Source of the DNA: Pirellulales bacterium | GTDB lineage: Bacteria; Planctomycetota; Planctomycetia; Pirellulales; UBA1268 | DNA: 48,801 bases | Reading direction: 5' to 3' | NCBI GenBank assembly: GCA_044358905.1 | Contig: JBIKND010000003.1 | Coordinates: 1-48,801, forward strand | Part shown: positions 18,585 through 28,129 of the stretch, in pieces | How the letters are laid out: each line of letters opens with the position of its first letter | Position numbering within the stretch: the stretch's first letter is position 1 | Made by a program: the position numbers and the translations under genes | The notes under the pieces: model-generated | Databases searched by the model: none | What the model was told of the DNA's origin: nothing | The model's input: only the letters and a program-made list of their open reading frames with translations

Positions 18585-19694
18585 CTACCGCCAGCCGAAG
18601 GTTTCGGCCATGGCGTTGAGCAGCGGGTTGGCCAGCGTCGGCCCTTCCGGCGACCCGATCGTGCGCACCAGGTCGTACATCACGAAGCCGCCGAAGAGGA
18701 GCAGGAGCGAGCAGCACACCAGCCCGGTGATCTGCAGGGCGCTGAACGGCGTCTCCAGCGAGTACGCGCCGGGTTCGCCGCCCAGGATCACCGAGGCGCT
18801 GTCGCTCGACAGGTCCTCGGAGAAGGCGGAACCCTCCCCCTCGATCGCCGCGCCGAAGAAACTCGAGTCGCCGGTGTCCTCGGTGGCGATCACGACCGAG
18901 GCGCTCTCGTCGTCGGTGGTGTCGCTGCCGAGCTGGAACTCGTCGCCGCCGAGGCCCGAGCCCCCGCTGACCACCGACACGCCCGACGCGCCACTCGCGG
19001 ACGCACCGCCGAGGTCGATGCCCGACATCTGCACGTCGCCGTCTTCGAGCGACAGGCCGCTGTCGAGGGCGCCGGAGAGTGCGGCGCCGGCGCCGGACGC
19101 GGCGGACAGCCCGGCGATCGAGCCGAGACCGCCCGATCCCTTGCCGAGGTCGCCGAGATCGAGCGTCAGGCTGCTGCCGGCGGCCGAGCCGCCGCCGGAC
19201 GGAGCCGTGCCGCGGGCGAGCGATGGAGACGAGGCGCCGATGATCGATTCGAGGGCCAGGTCGTCGCCGTCGAGCACGCCGCCGCCTGCCTTGTCGCCGA
19301 AGACGACATCCTCGCCACCGAGCGACGGCACCGAGAGTCCCGACGCGGCCGCCTGGCCGGCCTCGCCGCGCACGATCGTCTGCGAGGCGCCCTTCGCCTC
19401 GGGTGCATCCGCGAAGATCGAGTCGGTGCCGTCGAGCGGATCGCCGAGGGAGATCTCCTCCGCGGCCCCGGCGCCGTTGGTCGGCAGATCGAGCTCGAGG
19501 TCCAAGTCGCCGGACTGCGAGTTGTCGTCACCGAGGTCACGGGCCACTCGGTCGATGTCGTCGGCCTTGAACTTCACCGACGCGCCATCGCGCATGGGAA
19601 AGAGCTTCTTGCGGTCCACGAGGCGATTGACCTCGTCGACACTGACGCCCAGTTGGCGGGCGGCTTCTTCGAGCGACAGGAATCTTCCGGCCAT
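18585..19694 (-). CDS. HTH (excisionase-like) protein with acidic linker and C-terminal TM helix
   Basis: FLSLEEAARQLGVSVDEVNRLVDRKKL, D/S/G-rich middle, ITGLVCCSLLLLFGGFVMY. Confidence 0.8.
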   Translation of the reverse strand: MAGRFLSLEEAARQLGVSVDEVNRLVDRKKLFPMRDGASVKFKADDIDRVARDLGDDNSQSGDLDLELDLPTNGAGAAEEISLGDPLDGTDSIFADAPEAKGASQTIVRGEAGQAAASGLSVPSLGGEDVVFGDKAGGGVLDGDDLALESIIGASSPSLARGTAPSGGGSAAGSSLTLDLGDLGKGSGGLGSIAGLSAASGAGAALSGALDSGLSLEDGDVQMSGIDLGGASASGASGVSVVSGGSGLGGDEFQLGSDTTDDESASVVIATEDTGDSSFFGAAIEGEGSAFSEDLSSDSASVILGGEPGAYSLETPFSALQITGLVCCSLLLLFGGFVMYDLVRTIGSPEGPTLANPLLNAMAETFGWR

Positions 19695-19852
19695 CACGGG
19701 AACGTCCCTCGGGGGCAAAGCAGCCTCCTCTCGGGATCGACAGGGGCCGCACCTGCATTCTACGTCCAGCCGCCCCGGATCGTGCGACCGGCATTCCCGG
19801 CACGACCGGCCCCCCCAGTGTGAGCCCGCTCCGGCGGCCGGCCTCGGACGGC

Positions 19853-19874
19853 TAGCAGACTGTGGAACAAGTCT
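19853..19874 (+). repeat. IS/MITE-end-like inverted repeat (left)
   Basis: TAGCAGACTGTGGAACAAGTCT, 21/22 match to the reverse complement of 34838-34859. Confidence 0.65.
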
Positions 19875-19937
19875 GCCCGAGCAGGATGCGTGGGCCATCG
19901 ACCCAGGAGACCCTCGGCGTTTCCTGCGGTCGATCAA

Positions 19938-19968
19938 GTGGACAAAGGCCATGGAGGGCTTTGTCCAC
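19938..19968. terminator. Hairpin downstream of the DUF1559 operon
   Basis: GTGGACAAAG/CTTTGTCCAC 10-bp stem, just past the stop at 19975. Confidence 0.45.
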
Positions 19969-19974
19969 GGACAG

Positions 19975-20445
19975 CTAGTTCGCCAACTGAAACACGAAAT
20001 GGTTCGGGCCGCCGGCGCTCACTTCGGCCGTGAGTCCGGATGCTTCGAACGAGGCGTACCGCGTGGGAATCGCCGACGTGGCGGGAACCGCCGCCGGGGC
20101 CGCGGGGTCTTCAAGGAGTGGCATCGCGATCCGCACCCGGTGTGTGCCGGCCACGGCTCCGTCTCCCTCGCGGAAGGTCTTGAGTCCGAACCGCCCGTCT
20201 GGCCCCGTGAATCCCACAGCCTGGTGCGTGTGCACGACCTCAGGCCGGGCAGCGTCGGGGATCTCGATGGTGAAGTTCACGAGCGCTCCGACGACCGGCT
20301 GGCCACGATGCTCGACGGCTCCCGTGCACGAGAACGTCGGCGGACGGGCCCGGCTCCAGGCGTCTTCGTAGTGGGAGGAGCATCCGCAGGCGGCTACGGC
20401 GGCGAGGCAGGCGATCAGGCGAATGGTCGGAGGCATGGTGGTCAT
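19975..20445 (-). CDS. DUF1559-associated small lipoprotein (carboxypeptidase-regulatory-like)
   Basis: Lipobox-like AACGC; [41 protein letters not shown]; ATGA overlap with DUF1559 stop. Confidence 0.85.
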   Translation of the reverse strand: MTTMPPTIRLIACLAAVAACGCSSHYEDAWSRARPPTFSCTGAVEHRGQPVVGALVNFTIEIPDAARPEVVHTHQAVGFTGPDGRFGLKTFREGDGAVAGTHRVRIAMPLLEDPAAPAAVPATSAIPTRYASFEASGLTAEVSAGGPNHFVFQLAN

Positions 20446-21614
20446 GGCTCGAAATACGCGGCATCGCCACCGGAGCGGGTGGCCATCGCGCCCCACACGC
20501 CATGCTGGCTGGGAGTCGAAGCCGAGGTGGGCAACGGCGCCCCGCCAAGGCCATAGGCGATGTTCTCGCTGATGAACCGCGTCGAGCCGTCGGCGAACAC
20601 GGCGTGCACGCCGCCGACATGGCGGCTGCGGGCGGTGTCGCCCCCCTTGGTGCAGGCAGGGCCATTGGGCGGCAGCCGAGCCACGAACGACGTGTTCAGC
20701 GACAGCCCGTCGATCCAATCCATGCCCAACACAAGGGACCGACTGCTGATGGTGAACACGGGTGAGTTGGTGCCTGGCTGGACGTACTGGCTGCCGTTGA
20801 ACGATGCCAGGCACGACGCCAGGTCCGATCCATGGTGGACGTTCGTCGCGTCCCACTTGTTGATGACGGGATCCGTCGGCTTGCCGGCCTGGCGGACGCA
20901 CTCCGAAAGCGCCAGCGTGTTGCTTAAACCGTCCTTGACGCTGCCGCCGGTGATCCGACTGTTGGAGCCGAACATGCCGCGCACGATGGGGGCCGCGACG
21001 ACGCGGGTCGCGTTGTCGTTCTGGTCGATGTAGGGGCCGGTGAACTGGCAGTCCTGGTCCTTCTGTTGGCCGACGAAGGGAAAGACGGCGCCGTAGTCGT
21101 ACCGAAAGTAGTTCGTGGGCACGACGTCGCCGGCGTTGAACACGTAGTTGAAATGCCGCGGTTCGCCGGCCGGCACGTCGGACGGGCACAGCAGGTAGGC
21201 CGGCGCCTGACGGAGTTCCGTGGGCACGTTGTCGATGCTGAAAGTGCCGTTGCCGATCCGGTCGTGGAGGGCCGTCTGGTCCATGAAGGGCAGCATCAGC
21301 ACATGGCCGCTCATGGCGCCGACGCCCCGGTAAGTGGATCCGTCGGGGAGTTTGTCGCCGGGGGCGGGCGTGCCGCCGGAAGTGGCGTAGTTCGACGACA
21401 GCCGGCCACCTTTGCTCGGCGGGAAGGCGGCGTTGGCGGCGTCGTAGCCTTGGATCGCGATCCCAATCTGCTTGAGATTGTTCATGCACTGCGCCCGGCG
21501 GCCCGCCTCGCGGACGGATTGCACCGCCGGCAGGAGCAGCCCCGCCAGCAGCGCGATGATCGCGATCACCACCAGCACCTCGACGAGCGTCATGCCGGAT
21601 CTGCAACGCTTCAT
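20442..21614 (-). CDS. DUF1559 prepilin-type protein
   Basis: [44 protein letters not shown]-x9-DG ([12 protein letters not shown]). Confidence 0.93.
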   Translation of the reverse strand: MKRCRSGMTLVEVLVVIAIIALLAGLLLPAVQSVREAGRRAQCMNNLKQIGIAIQGYDAANAAFPPSKGGRLSSNYATSGGTPAPGDKLPDGSTYRGVGAMSGHVLMLPFMDQTALHDRIGNGTFSIDNVPTELRQAPAYLLCPSDVPAGEPRHFNYVFNAGDVVPTNYFRYDYGAVFPFVGQQKDQDCQFTGPYIDQNDNATRVVAAPIVRGMFGSNSRITGGSVKDGLSNTLALSECVRQAGKPTDPVINKWDATNVHHGSDLASCLASFNGSQYVQPGTNSPVFTISSRSLVLGMDWIDGLSLNTSFVARLPPNGPACTKGGDTARSRHVGGVHAVFADGSTRFISENIAYGLGGAPLPTSASTPSQHGVWGAMATRSGGDAAYFEP

Positions 21615-21672
21615 CGGCTCACCGTTTCTATCGTGCCCTCGGCGGGCGAGGTGACAGCCCCGGACCTCATGC

Positions 21673-21717
21673 ATTGTGCTTCAGTGGCGGCCCGGAACCA
21701 ACGGACGAAAGTACGGG
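21673..21717 (-). promoter_or_regulatory. Shared operator A plus putative promoter
   Basis: Minus strand: CCCGTACTTTCGTCCG, TTGGTT, 17 bp, CACAAT. Confidence 0.7.
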
Positions 21718-21735
21718 ATGCCACGTGAAAGCGAG

Positions 21736-21764
21736 CGAGGGCGGGCCTAGCGGGCCCGCCCTCG
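21736..21764 (-). terminator. Hairpin after the PEP-CTERM gene
   Basis: CGAGGGCGGGCC/GGCCCGCCCTCG perfect 12-bp stem. Confidence 0.55.
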
Positions 21765-21806
21765 TGCAGATCACGGGAGGATCATGTGTGGGTGCCGTCA
21801 GAGCAT

Positions 21807-23576
21807 TCAGGCCGCCCGAGAGGCACGCCGACGCCTCGCCACCGACCAGCCGGCCAGCGCGATGCCGCACGAGGCGAGCGCGAGTGTGCCCGGCTCGGGC
21901 ACCGCGGAGACGTACATGCCATAGTATGTCGAGTTCGAGCCGGCATCGTAGATGACCGCCGGTGTAGCGCCGGCAAGGCCGCCCGTCAGGCCCGAAGTGT
22001 TCGCGCCGATCTTGTTCGCCGAGATGAAACTGTTGAGGGAACTCTGCTGGTCACCCGCCCACTTGATGGCCCAGTAGATGCTGTCGTGACTTTCGGCCGT
22101 GCCGAGGTAGCTGAAGCCAGTCGGATTGTTTTGGAACGTGGCAAGGATGCCGTTGCCGTTGGCGAGAGTGTCGGCGATCGTGAGGGCCGCCGAGTTTGCA
22201 CGCGTCAGGATGAGGCCCGAGGACGTGTCGCTGACAAGAATGTTCAGCCGCCCAGAGTTGTTGACGTTGAAGGTCGCAGTCGAGCCCGACGTGAACATCG
22301 TGCGGTTCAGTTCCATGAGGCCCTCGACGCCGGTCGTCGTGGTATCGCCGATGTCGGTCTGCGCCGACGAGGTAACGCTCCCGCTGCCAAACTTGACGGT
22401 TCCCGTGGAGTCGCCACCGTTCCCCACGCGAAGCCATGTGGACACGGTGAGCCCCGTGCCCATCGAGCCGCCGCCCATATCGAGCGTGCCGTAGCCGCCG
22501 GTGCCGGCACTGTCACGGGTGCCAACATAGAGGTAGGGGATGGCCCCTTGCAGGATCATGTTGGTGCCGGTGACCGAGCCGGTGCCGCCGTCGTAGCCGA
22601 TGTAGGCCGCGGTGATGTTCCAGTTCATCGTCCAGCCGCTGCCGACCGCGAGGCTACCCGAGCCGGCACCGCGACCGATGTTGAACGATCCGTTGCCGCC
22701 CGAATGATCGATCAGGCCGCCATTGATTCCAGAGAGGTTTACCGTCGAGGTCTTGGTGGTGGTGTTCGATCCGGCGCCGATGTTCAGGGTGTTCGTGTAG
22801 GCGGTGAAATTGCCGCCGGTGCCGGCGGTAAATGAACTGCTGGCCGAGCCAGTCAAGGTCGCATAGCCCAGTGACATCTCGGCCCGCGCCCCCGATGTGC
22901 CGATGTTGAACGTCCAGTTATCGCCGAACGACATGGTCGAGCTCGCGACACCGGTGGTGTTGGCGTATCCGGCCCGCAGGCTGGCGAAGGTCAGCGAGCC
23001 GTTGTCGGAGTCGGCCATGTTCAGATTCGCGGCGGCGTTGAACGTCGATTCGGCGTATCCGACGGTGCTCAACCCGGTGAAGCCCAGCGTCGTCGTGAGC
23101 GAACTGGTGCCGATGAGCGTGCCCGCAGCCGCCGCTGTATTTGCGTAGCCGAGACGCAGCAGTTGGGAGCCGGCCTGCGGCGCCAGGAAGGTGCCGTTGG
23201 AGAGTTGCATCGCACCCGTTGCGTTGCTCCCGATTTCGATCTGCGAGAATGACCCGAAAGCCAGTGTGCCACTGTTGATGTTGATCGCGTGCGTGCCGGT
23301 GCTATTGGTCACGTACAGCGCCCAGAAGTTGTTGCTGTAGGCATTGGCCGTGCTCGGGCCGACGCCCGTATTGTCAAAGTAGCGATACACGCCTGGCGTG
23401 CTCGTCCAGTTGGACAGGTTTGACCAGAGGCCGTCACCACCACCGTTCGTCCAGGTCTGCGCGTGCGCGGCCGGCGTGATGACAACGCTCACTGCGAGCA
23501 AGACGGCGGCGGGCAGGCAAACGCGAGGGAAACGGGAGCCAGCATTGCGAAGCTTGGTGAAAACCGAGACGTTCAT
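21807..23576 (-). CDS. PEP-CTERM surface protein, G/S/T/N-rich beta repeats
   Basis: Signal peptide (AHA-QT), WTNGGGDGLWS, C-terminal VPEPGTLALA...TM...RRRR. Confidence 0.92.
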   Translation of the reverse strand: MNVSVFTKLRNAGSRFPRVCLPAAVLLAVSVVITPAAHAQTWTNGGGDGLWSNLSNWTSTPGVYRYFDNTGVGPSTANAYSNNFWALYVTNSTGTHAININSGTLAFGSFSQIEIGSNATGAMQLSNGTFLAPQAGSQLLRLGYANTAAAAGTLIGTSSLTTTLGFTGLSTVGYAESTFNAAANLNMADSDNGSLTFASLRAGYANTTGVASSTMSFGDNWTFNIGTSGARAEMSLGYATLTGSASSSFTAGTGGNFTAYTNTLNIGAGSNTTTKTSTVNLSGINGGLIDHSGGNGSFNIGRGAGSGSLAVGSGWTMNWNITAAYIGYDGGTGSVTGTNMILQGAIPYLYVGTRDSAGTGGYGTLDMGGGSMGTGLTVSTWLRVGNGGDSTGTVKFGSGSVTSSAQTDIGDTTTTGVEGLMELNRTMFTSGSTATFNVNNSGRLNILVSDTSSGLILTRANSAALTIADTLANGNGILATFQNNPTGFSYLGTAESHDSIYWAIKWAGDQQSSLNSFISANKIGANTSGLTGGLAGATPAVIYDAGSNSTYYGMYVSAVPEPGTLALASCGIALAGWSVARRRRASRAA

Positions 23577-23638
23577 GGAGATAGCCCCTTTTGCGGATTG
23601 CTATGGGCCGAGGCGAATCCCGCGTCCCACCGAGAGAC

Positions 23639-23683
23639 AGTATTTCAAGCCCGGGCGGGAGCCACCACGTACCTAGGTACGGG
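23639..23683 (-). promoter_or_regulatory. Shared operator B plus putative promoter
   Basis: Minus strand: CCCGTACCTAGGTACG (contains a perfect 14-bp palindrome), TGGTGG, 17 bp, AATACT. Confidence 0.65.
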
Positions 23684-23754
23684 GGCACATGAATCGGATT
23701 CTTGCGATAACGAAAGACCATGAACGTGGGTTTCGCTGCGGAATTTCCACGGTT

Positions 23755-24408
23755 TCAGTCCCCGCCCCGGCCCGAGGCCTTCAACAGCCCCAGATCGAAC
23801 CCCCGGGCCACGGCCCCCGCCCGGTCGTGGGCGTGGAGCTTTTCCAGGATCCCGGTCACGTGCCCCTTTACCGTCCGTTCGGTGATGTTCATCTGGTCAC
23901 CGATCTCGGCGTTCGTCAGCCCCTTGCGCATCAGGCTCAAGACCTCGAGTTCGCGGGGCGTGAGGCCGCAGGTTGGCGTCACGGGTTGGCGGCTGGAGAT
24001 CCCCTGCTGGATGCCGGTCTGGCCGCGGTGCACGGCGCGGACGGCCGACACCATCGTCGCGCGGTCTACGTTCTTCGACACGTAGCCGCAGGCACCCTCG
24101 CGCAGGGCACGGGCCGCATCCTCGGCCGCGTCCGACGACGTGAGCACGATCACGCGGGCCGTCGGCGTCTCATGTCGCAGCCGCCGCAGCGTCTCGAAAC
24201 CGTCGATTCCGGGCAGGTTGAGGTCGAGCAGGCAGACGTCGGGCCGGCAGCGGCGCACCACGTCGAGCCCCTCCTCGCCCGTGCTCGCCTGGCCCACCAC
24301 CAGGAAGTCGGACTCCATCTCCAGGAGGTTCGCCAGGCCCGCCCGCAGCAAGGGATGGTCGTCGATCAACAGGAGGCGGATCTTGCCGGCGGACGTCAAA
24401 ATCGCCAT
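23755..24408 (-). CDS. NarL/FixJ-family response regulator
   Basis: LIDDHPLLRAG, LLDLNLP, GYVSK; LuxR HTH LTPRELEVL...TNAEI...ITERTVKGH. Confidence 0.95.
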   Translation of the reverse strand: MAILTSAGKIRLLLIDDHPLLRAGLANLLEMESDFLVVGQASTGEEGLDVVRRCRPDVCLLDLNLPGIDGFETLRRLRHETPTARVIVLTSSDAAEDAARALREGACGYVSKNVDRATMVSAVRAVHRGQTGIQQGISSRQPVTPTCGLTPRELEVLSLMRKGLTNAEIGDQMNITERTVKGHVTGILEKLHAHDRAGAVARGFDLGLLKASGRGGD

Positions 24409-24435
24409 CGCGCACTCCCACAGTGAAGGCGATGC

Positions 24436-24480
24436 ATTGGACCGCCGTCCGCGCCGTCTGACAGCGTACCATCGTACGGG
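24436..24480 (-). promoter_or_regulatory. Shared operator C plus putative promoter (autoregulatory position)
   Basis: Minus strand: CCCGTACGATGGTACG, CTGTCA, 17 bp, TCCAAT; directly after the kinase stop. Confidence 0.6.
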
Positions 24481-26730
24481 TCAGGTCGTGGCCGATGGCG
24501 ATGCCGCGGCCCGCGTCGCGGCGACCGGCACGACCACGCGCACGCTCGTGCCGGCGCCCGGCGTTGACTCCAGAGCGAGGGTGCCCCCGAGCCGCTCCGC
24601 CCGCTCCCGCATGCCTTCGAGACCAAAGTGGCCCTGTCGCGGCCCGGGCTGGCTGCCGATCGTGAACCCCCGGCCGTCGTCGCGCACCGTCAATTCCACG
24701 CGGCCGTCGGCCGGCATGAAGGCGAGATCGACGTCGATGCGGCTGGCAGCGCCGTGCCGGAGCGCGTTGAGCATCGCCTCCTGGGCGATCAACAGCAGGT
24801 TGCCGGCGACAAAATCCGCCACCGCCGGCAGGGCCGCGCCGTGGCTACGGACGGTGATCGCGGTCTCGTGGCCGCCCCCGACCTGCTGGGCGAGGTCGGC
24901 GAGGGCCTCGGGGAGCGGTCGGTTCGACGGCGCGGCCGTCCGCAGGGCCCACACGGTGCCCCGCAGCTGCTGCACGGCATGGCCCACCATCTTCTCGGCG
25001 ACGGAGAGCTTCTCCTCGACCTTCCCCTGCGGCTGCGCGAGCGCCCCGCTGCAGACGTTCAATTGGTAGCCGATGCCCGTCACGGTCTGGAGCACCGTGT
25101 CGTGGAGGTTGGCCGCCAGCCGGCTCCGCTCACGGAGCGTGGCCTGGTATTCGACGGCCGCCTCGCGCCGGGTCTGGCGCTCGGCCGCGAGCTTCTCCGC
25201 CTGCCGGGCGACCTCGCGGCGAAGCAGCACCACCCAGCCCACGGCGGCGGCCAGGCCGAAGGCGAGCCCACCGAGGGCGATCGCCAGCCGGCGCGGCGTC
25301 CACCACGACGGGCGGCGGACGACCCGCAGGTCGTCCTGCGACCGCAGGATCACTTCCAGCGACTCGGTCTCCGGGTTGACGACGGACTCATAGAGCTCCG
25401 CCAGGCTCGTCATCCCGAGTTCCACCACGCCCGTCACCTCGAACTCGGTGTCCGGCTCGAGCGCGGTCAAGACGGCCGGATCGCCCGCCATGCCCTTGGC
25501 CAGCCGAGAGGTGAACGTCGTGCTGCCGGCAGTGAGCGTGAACAGCCAGTCGTCGCCGGATCGCTGCCGCTCGACGAGCGTCGCTGGAAACGTGACGAGC
25601 ACGCCCGAGTAGTTGCTCGGCTGCGAGATCTGCCCCAGGGCCGAGGCCGCTCGCAGGATCGTCCGGATCTCGTCGGGGGCGACGCGGGCGGCCGCGGGCG
25701 GCGGGCCGGAGGACGTGCGCTCGACGATGCCGTCCACGATGCCCGCGATCCGTCGGTCCATGTCGACGAAACCGGCCACCCGGACCCGATCCCCGATCGC
25801 GAGGCCGTCGGTCTGCATGACGGCCACACGCACCCCGGTGAGCCCTTCCTGGAGATAGATCGCCCGGCCGGGCACGATGCACGTGACGGTGCCGATCGTC
25901 TGGATCCGATGGCGGCTCGGGGGGGACGAGCGGTAGGTGCCCAGGGCATCGAGCGGCACCAGCGGCGACTCGAACGGCGAGAACGGGGCCGGCTTCACGA
26001 TTTCGATGTCGTCCGCCGCCGCGATGATGAACTGCGGGAGCAGGAACTGGCCGCGGCTGTTGCGGGCCGCGGCGGGGAGGACGACCGCCCGAATGCTCGC
26101 ATCGACGAGATGGTCGGGTCGCTCGGGCACGAGCCGCTTGTTGATGCCCAGCCGCAGCCGCTGGCCCACCATGTCGAGCATCAGCCGCCACTCCTCGCCG
26201 GCGTCCTCGCAGCCCTGGGCGATCACCTCCTCGTCGCGGCCGATCTCGACGCGCACGGCATTGTCCCCTCCGCGGAGCACCCTGTCGGCGTCGAACGGCA
26301 CGGGCTCCGGCAACGACGCCGTGCCGATCAGCGTCACGCCCGCCGGGTCGGCCTGGAGCCGCGGTGCGAAGCCGCCGCGGTCGACGACGCCCACGACCTC
26401 GAGGCGGCTGCCGAGGCCGATCGGTTGCCGCGCGCCATCCCGGCCGGCGACGAGCATCCGCCCTGCCTCGTCACGGTCCAGCCCGATGCCCACGACCCAC
26501 AACGCGTGGCGGCCATCCTGGATGACGGCGCCGAAGTCGCACAGCGTGACCGTGCCCTGGACGCGGACGCGGATGCCGCGTGCCAGATCCGCGGCCGGCA
26601 GGGCCAGCACGTCGGCGATCGAGAGCATCGACTCGTCCATCGGGACCGGACGGTCGTCCGGGGCGGCCGCGGGCAGACCACCGGCCCTGATCAGGAGCGC
26701 GACAGCGAGCAGGAACCGCGGGCCGGTCAT
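24481..26730 (-). CDS. Sensor histidine kinase (HisKA_3 type)
   Basis: Signal peptide, large extracytoplasmic region, PSWWTP plus TM, ERSRLAANLHDTVLQ, EAMLNALRH, DDGRGF, GLEGMRER. Confidence 0.92.
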   Translation of the reverse strand: MTGPRFLLAVALLIRAGGLPAAAPDDRPVPMDESMLSIADVLALPAADLARGIRVRVQGTVTLCDFGAVIQDGRHALWVVGIGLDRDEAGRMLVAGRDGARQPIGLGSRLEVVGVVDRGGFAPRLQADPAGVTLIGTASLPEPVPFDADRVLRGGDNAVRVEIGRDEEVIAQGCEDAGEEWRLMLDMVGQRLRLGINKRLVPERPDHLVDASIRAVVLPAAARNSRGQFLLPQFIIAAADDIEIVKPAPFSPFESPLVPLDALGTYRSSPPSRHRIQTIGTVTCIVPGRAIYLQEGLTGVRVAVMQTDGLAIGDRVRVAGFVDMDRRIAGIVDGIVERTSSGPPPAAARVAPDEIRTILRAASALGQISQPSNYSGVLVTFPATLVERQRSGDDWLFTLTAGSTTFTSRLAKGMAGDPAVLTALEPDTEFEVTGVVELGMTSLAELYESVVNPETESLEVILRSQDDLRVVRRPSWWTPRRLAIALGGLAFGLAAAVGWVVLLRREVARQAEKLAAERQTRREAAVEYQATLRERSRLAANLHDTVLQTVTGIGYQLNVCSGALAQPQGKVEEKLSVAEKMVGHAVQQLRGTVWALRTAAPSNRPLPEALADLAQQVGGGHETAITVRSHGAALPAVADFVAGNLLLIAQEAMLNALRHGAASRIDVDLAFMPADGRVELTVRDDGRGFTIGSQPGPRQGHFGLEGMRERAERLGGTLALESTPGAGTSVRVVVPVAATRAAASPSATT

Positions 26731-26809
26731 CGGCGGGATCCTCGTGCGGAAGCCGGGAATGCCCCCATCGTACTCCGGCGGCCGGCCGAGGCCCGGGGCC
26801 CATGCCGCC

Positions 26810-28090
26810 TCACCGGGCGGCGGCCCGCACGTTCAAGGTCGTGACGTCGCGGATCTGGTCGGCCCGCGACTGGATCGTGAGCACGTCGCCACGGCCGGCT
26901 TCCTGGAGCACGTTCTCCAGGCTCGAGTCGACGAGCGAGCCGCCGACGAGGACGGCGTGCTTCGACCGGGACATGACGTTCCGGACCACGATCCGCGACG
27001 TCTCGCCGGGAACGGCGTTGCCCCCGCCCCAGTCGGCGTCGCCGATTTTCACGGCAGCCCGGCAGACCACGTCGTCGGGCGCCGTGTCCACGAGGCCGTC
27101 GACGAGAATGGCGTGCATGCCCACGCCCGGGGCGTTGAGCAGGCGCACGATGTGATGGCCACCGCGGGAGTAGCCGCGGACGTTGCGGATGATCACGTCG
27201 CGGATGTCGTCCTGGTCGCCGCCGCGGTTCTTGGCGTCGGTGGCCATGTGGGTGGCCATCGCGCCGGCTGCATGATCGGCGAACGGGATCGCCGTCAGGG
27301 CGACGAGATCGTCGCCCACGTGGCCGGTGATGTTCTCGATCAGGATGTCGTGGCAGCCCATCCGCAGGTCGAGGCCGTCCTGGTTCACGATCGTCTGCTG
27401 CACGCCGTCGATCGTCTTCGAGCCGGTGGAGGCGAAGTCGACGTCGCGGATGGTGCCGTGGCTGCACCGCTCCAGGGAGATCGCCCAGCAGTGCGAGTCG
27501 CGGATGGTGAGGTTCTGGATCGAGAAGCCGTCGACGAAGGCGAGCAGGATGCCGTGATTCCGCCAGTCGCTCGTCTGGCTCTCGGCCGCCACGCCAGAGT
27601 CGGTGCCGTAGGAATGCTTCCCCACCGTCTTGTTGCCGTCGCCCGTGGCCCGGGGGCGGTCGGCGCCTTCCAAGACCGCGGTGCCGAGGCCGCGAATGTG
27701 CACGTTTTTGATCGGCTTGACGTCGGTGACGCCCAGGCCGCAGTTGGCCGAGCGGATCAGGTTGTCGCGGCAGCGGTCGGAAAGCTTGACGCGACAGTTG
27801 TCGAGCTCGAGCACCGTCCCCTCGCGGACGAGAATCGCGGAGTCGATGAGCCAAACGGCCTTGTCCTTGCCCTTGGCGTTGACCGGCGGGATCACCACGC
27901 GGCGGCCGGCCGCGGCTTCGATCGCCTTGTTGATTCGTTCCACGTCACTGCCCGCGAACTCGTCGGGCGTGATGCAGACGGTGGGCGGGTCGGCGGCGCG
28001 GGCGGCGGGCATGCCGACCACGAGGCTGGCGGCGAGGCACGCGAGCCAGGCGGGAACGCGGGTCGCGCGGCGACGAGTTGATCCGAGCAT
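26810..28090 (-). CDS. Secreted pectin-lyase-fold (GH28-like) beta-helix protein
   Basis: Signal peptide; TIRDSHCWAISL, NQDGLD, GDDLVAL (resembling GH28 NTDG/DD). Confidence 0.75.
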   Translation of the reverse strand: MLGSTRRRATRVPAWLACLAASLVVGMPAARAADPPTVCITPDEFAGSDVERINKAIEAAAGRRVVIPPVNAKGKDKAVWLIDSAILVREGTVLELDNCRVKLSDRCRDNLIRSANCGLGVTDVKPIKNVHIRGLGTAVLEGADRPRATGDGNKTVGKHSYGTDSGVAAESQTSDWRNHGILLAFVDGFSIQNLTIRDSHCWAISLERCSHGTIRDVDFASTGSKTIDGVQQTIVNQDGLDLRMGCHDILIENITGHVGDDLVALTAIPFADHAAGAMATHMATDAKNRGGDQDDIRDVIIRNVRGYSRGGHHIVRLLNAPGVGMHAILVDGLVDTAPDDVVCRAAVKIGDADWGGGNAVPGETSRIVVRNVMSRSKHAVLVGGSLVDSSLENVLQEAGRGDVLTIQSRADQIRDVTTLNVRAAAR

Positions 28091-28129
28091 GACGGTTTCC
28101 TGGGAAGGGGCGGAGAACGCTCCGGTGCT

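Noticed and set aside
20446-21606. 543-aa ORF suggesting a fusion or frameshift with DUF1559
   Set aside because: The real lipoprotein starts at 20445 with an ATGA overlap; the upstream part is shadow frame.
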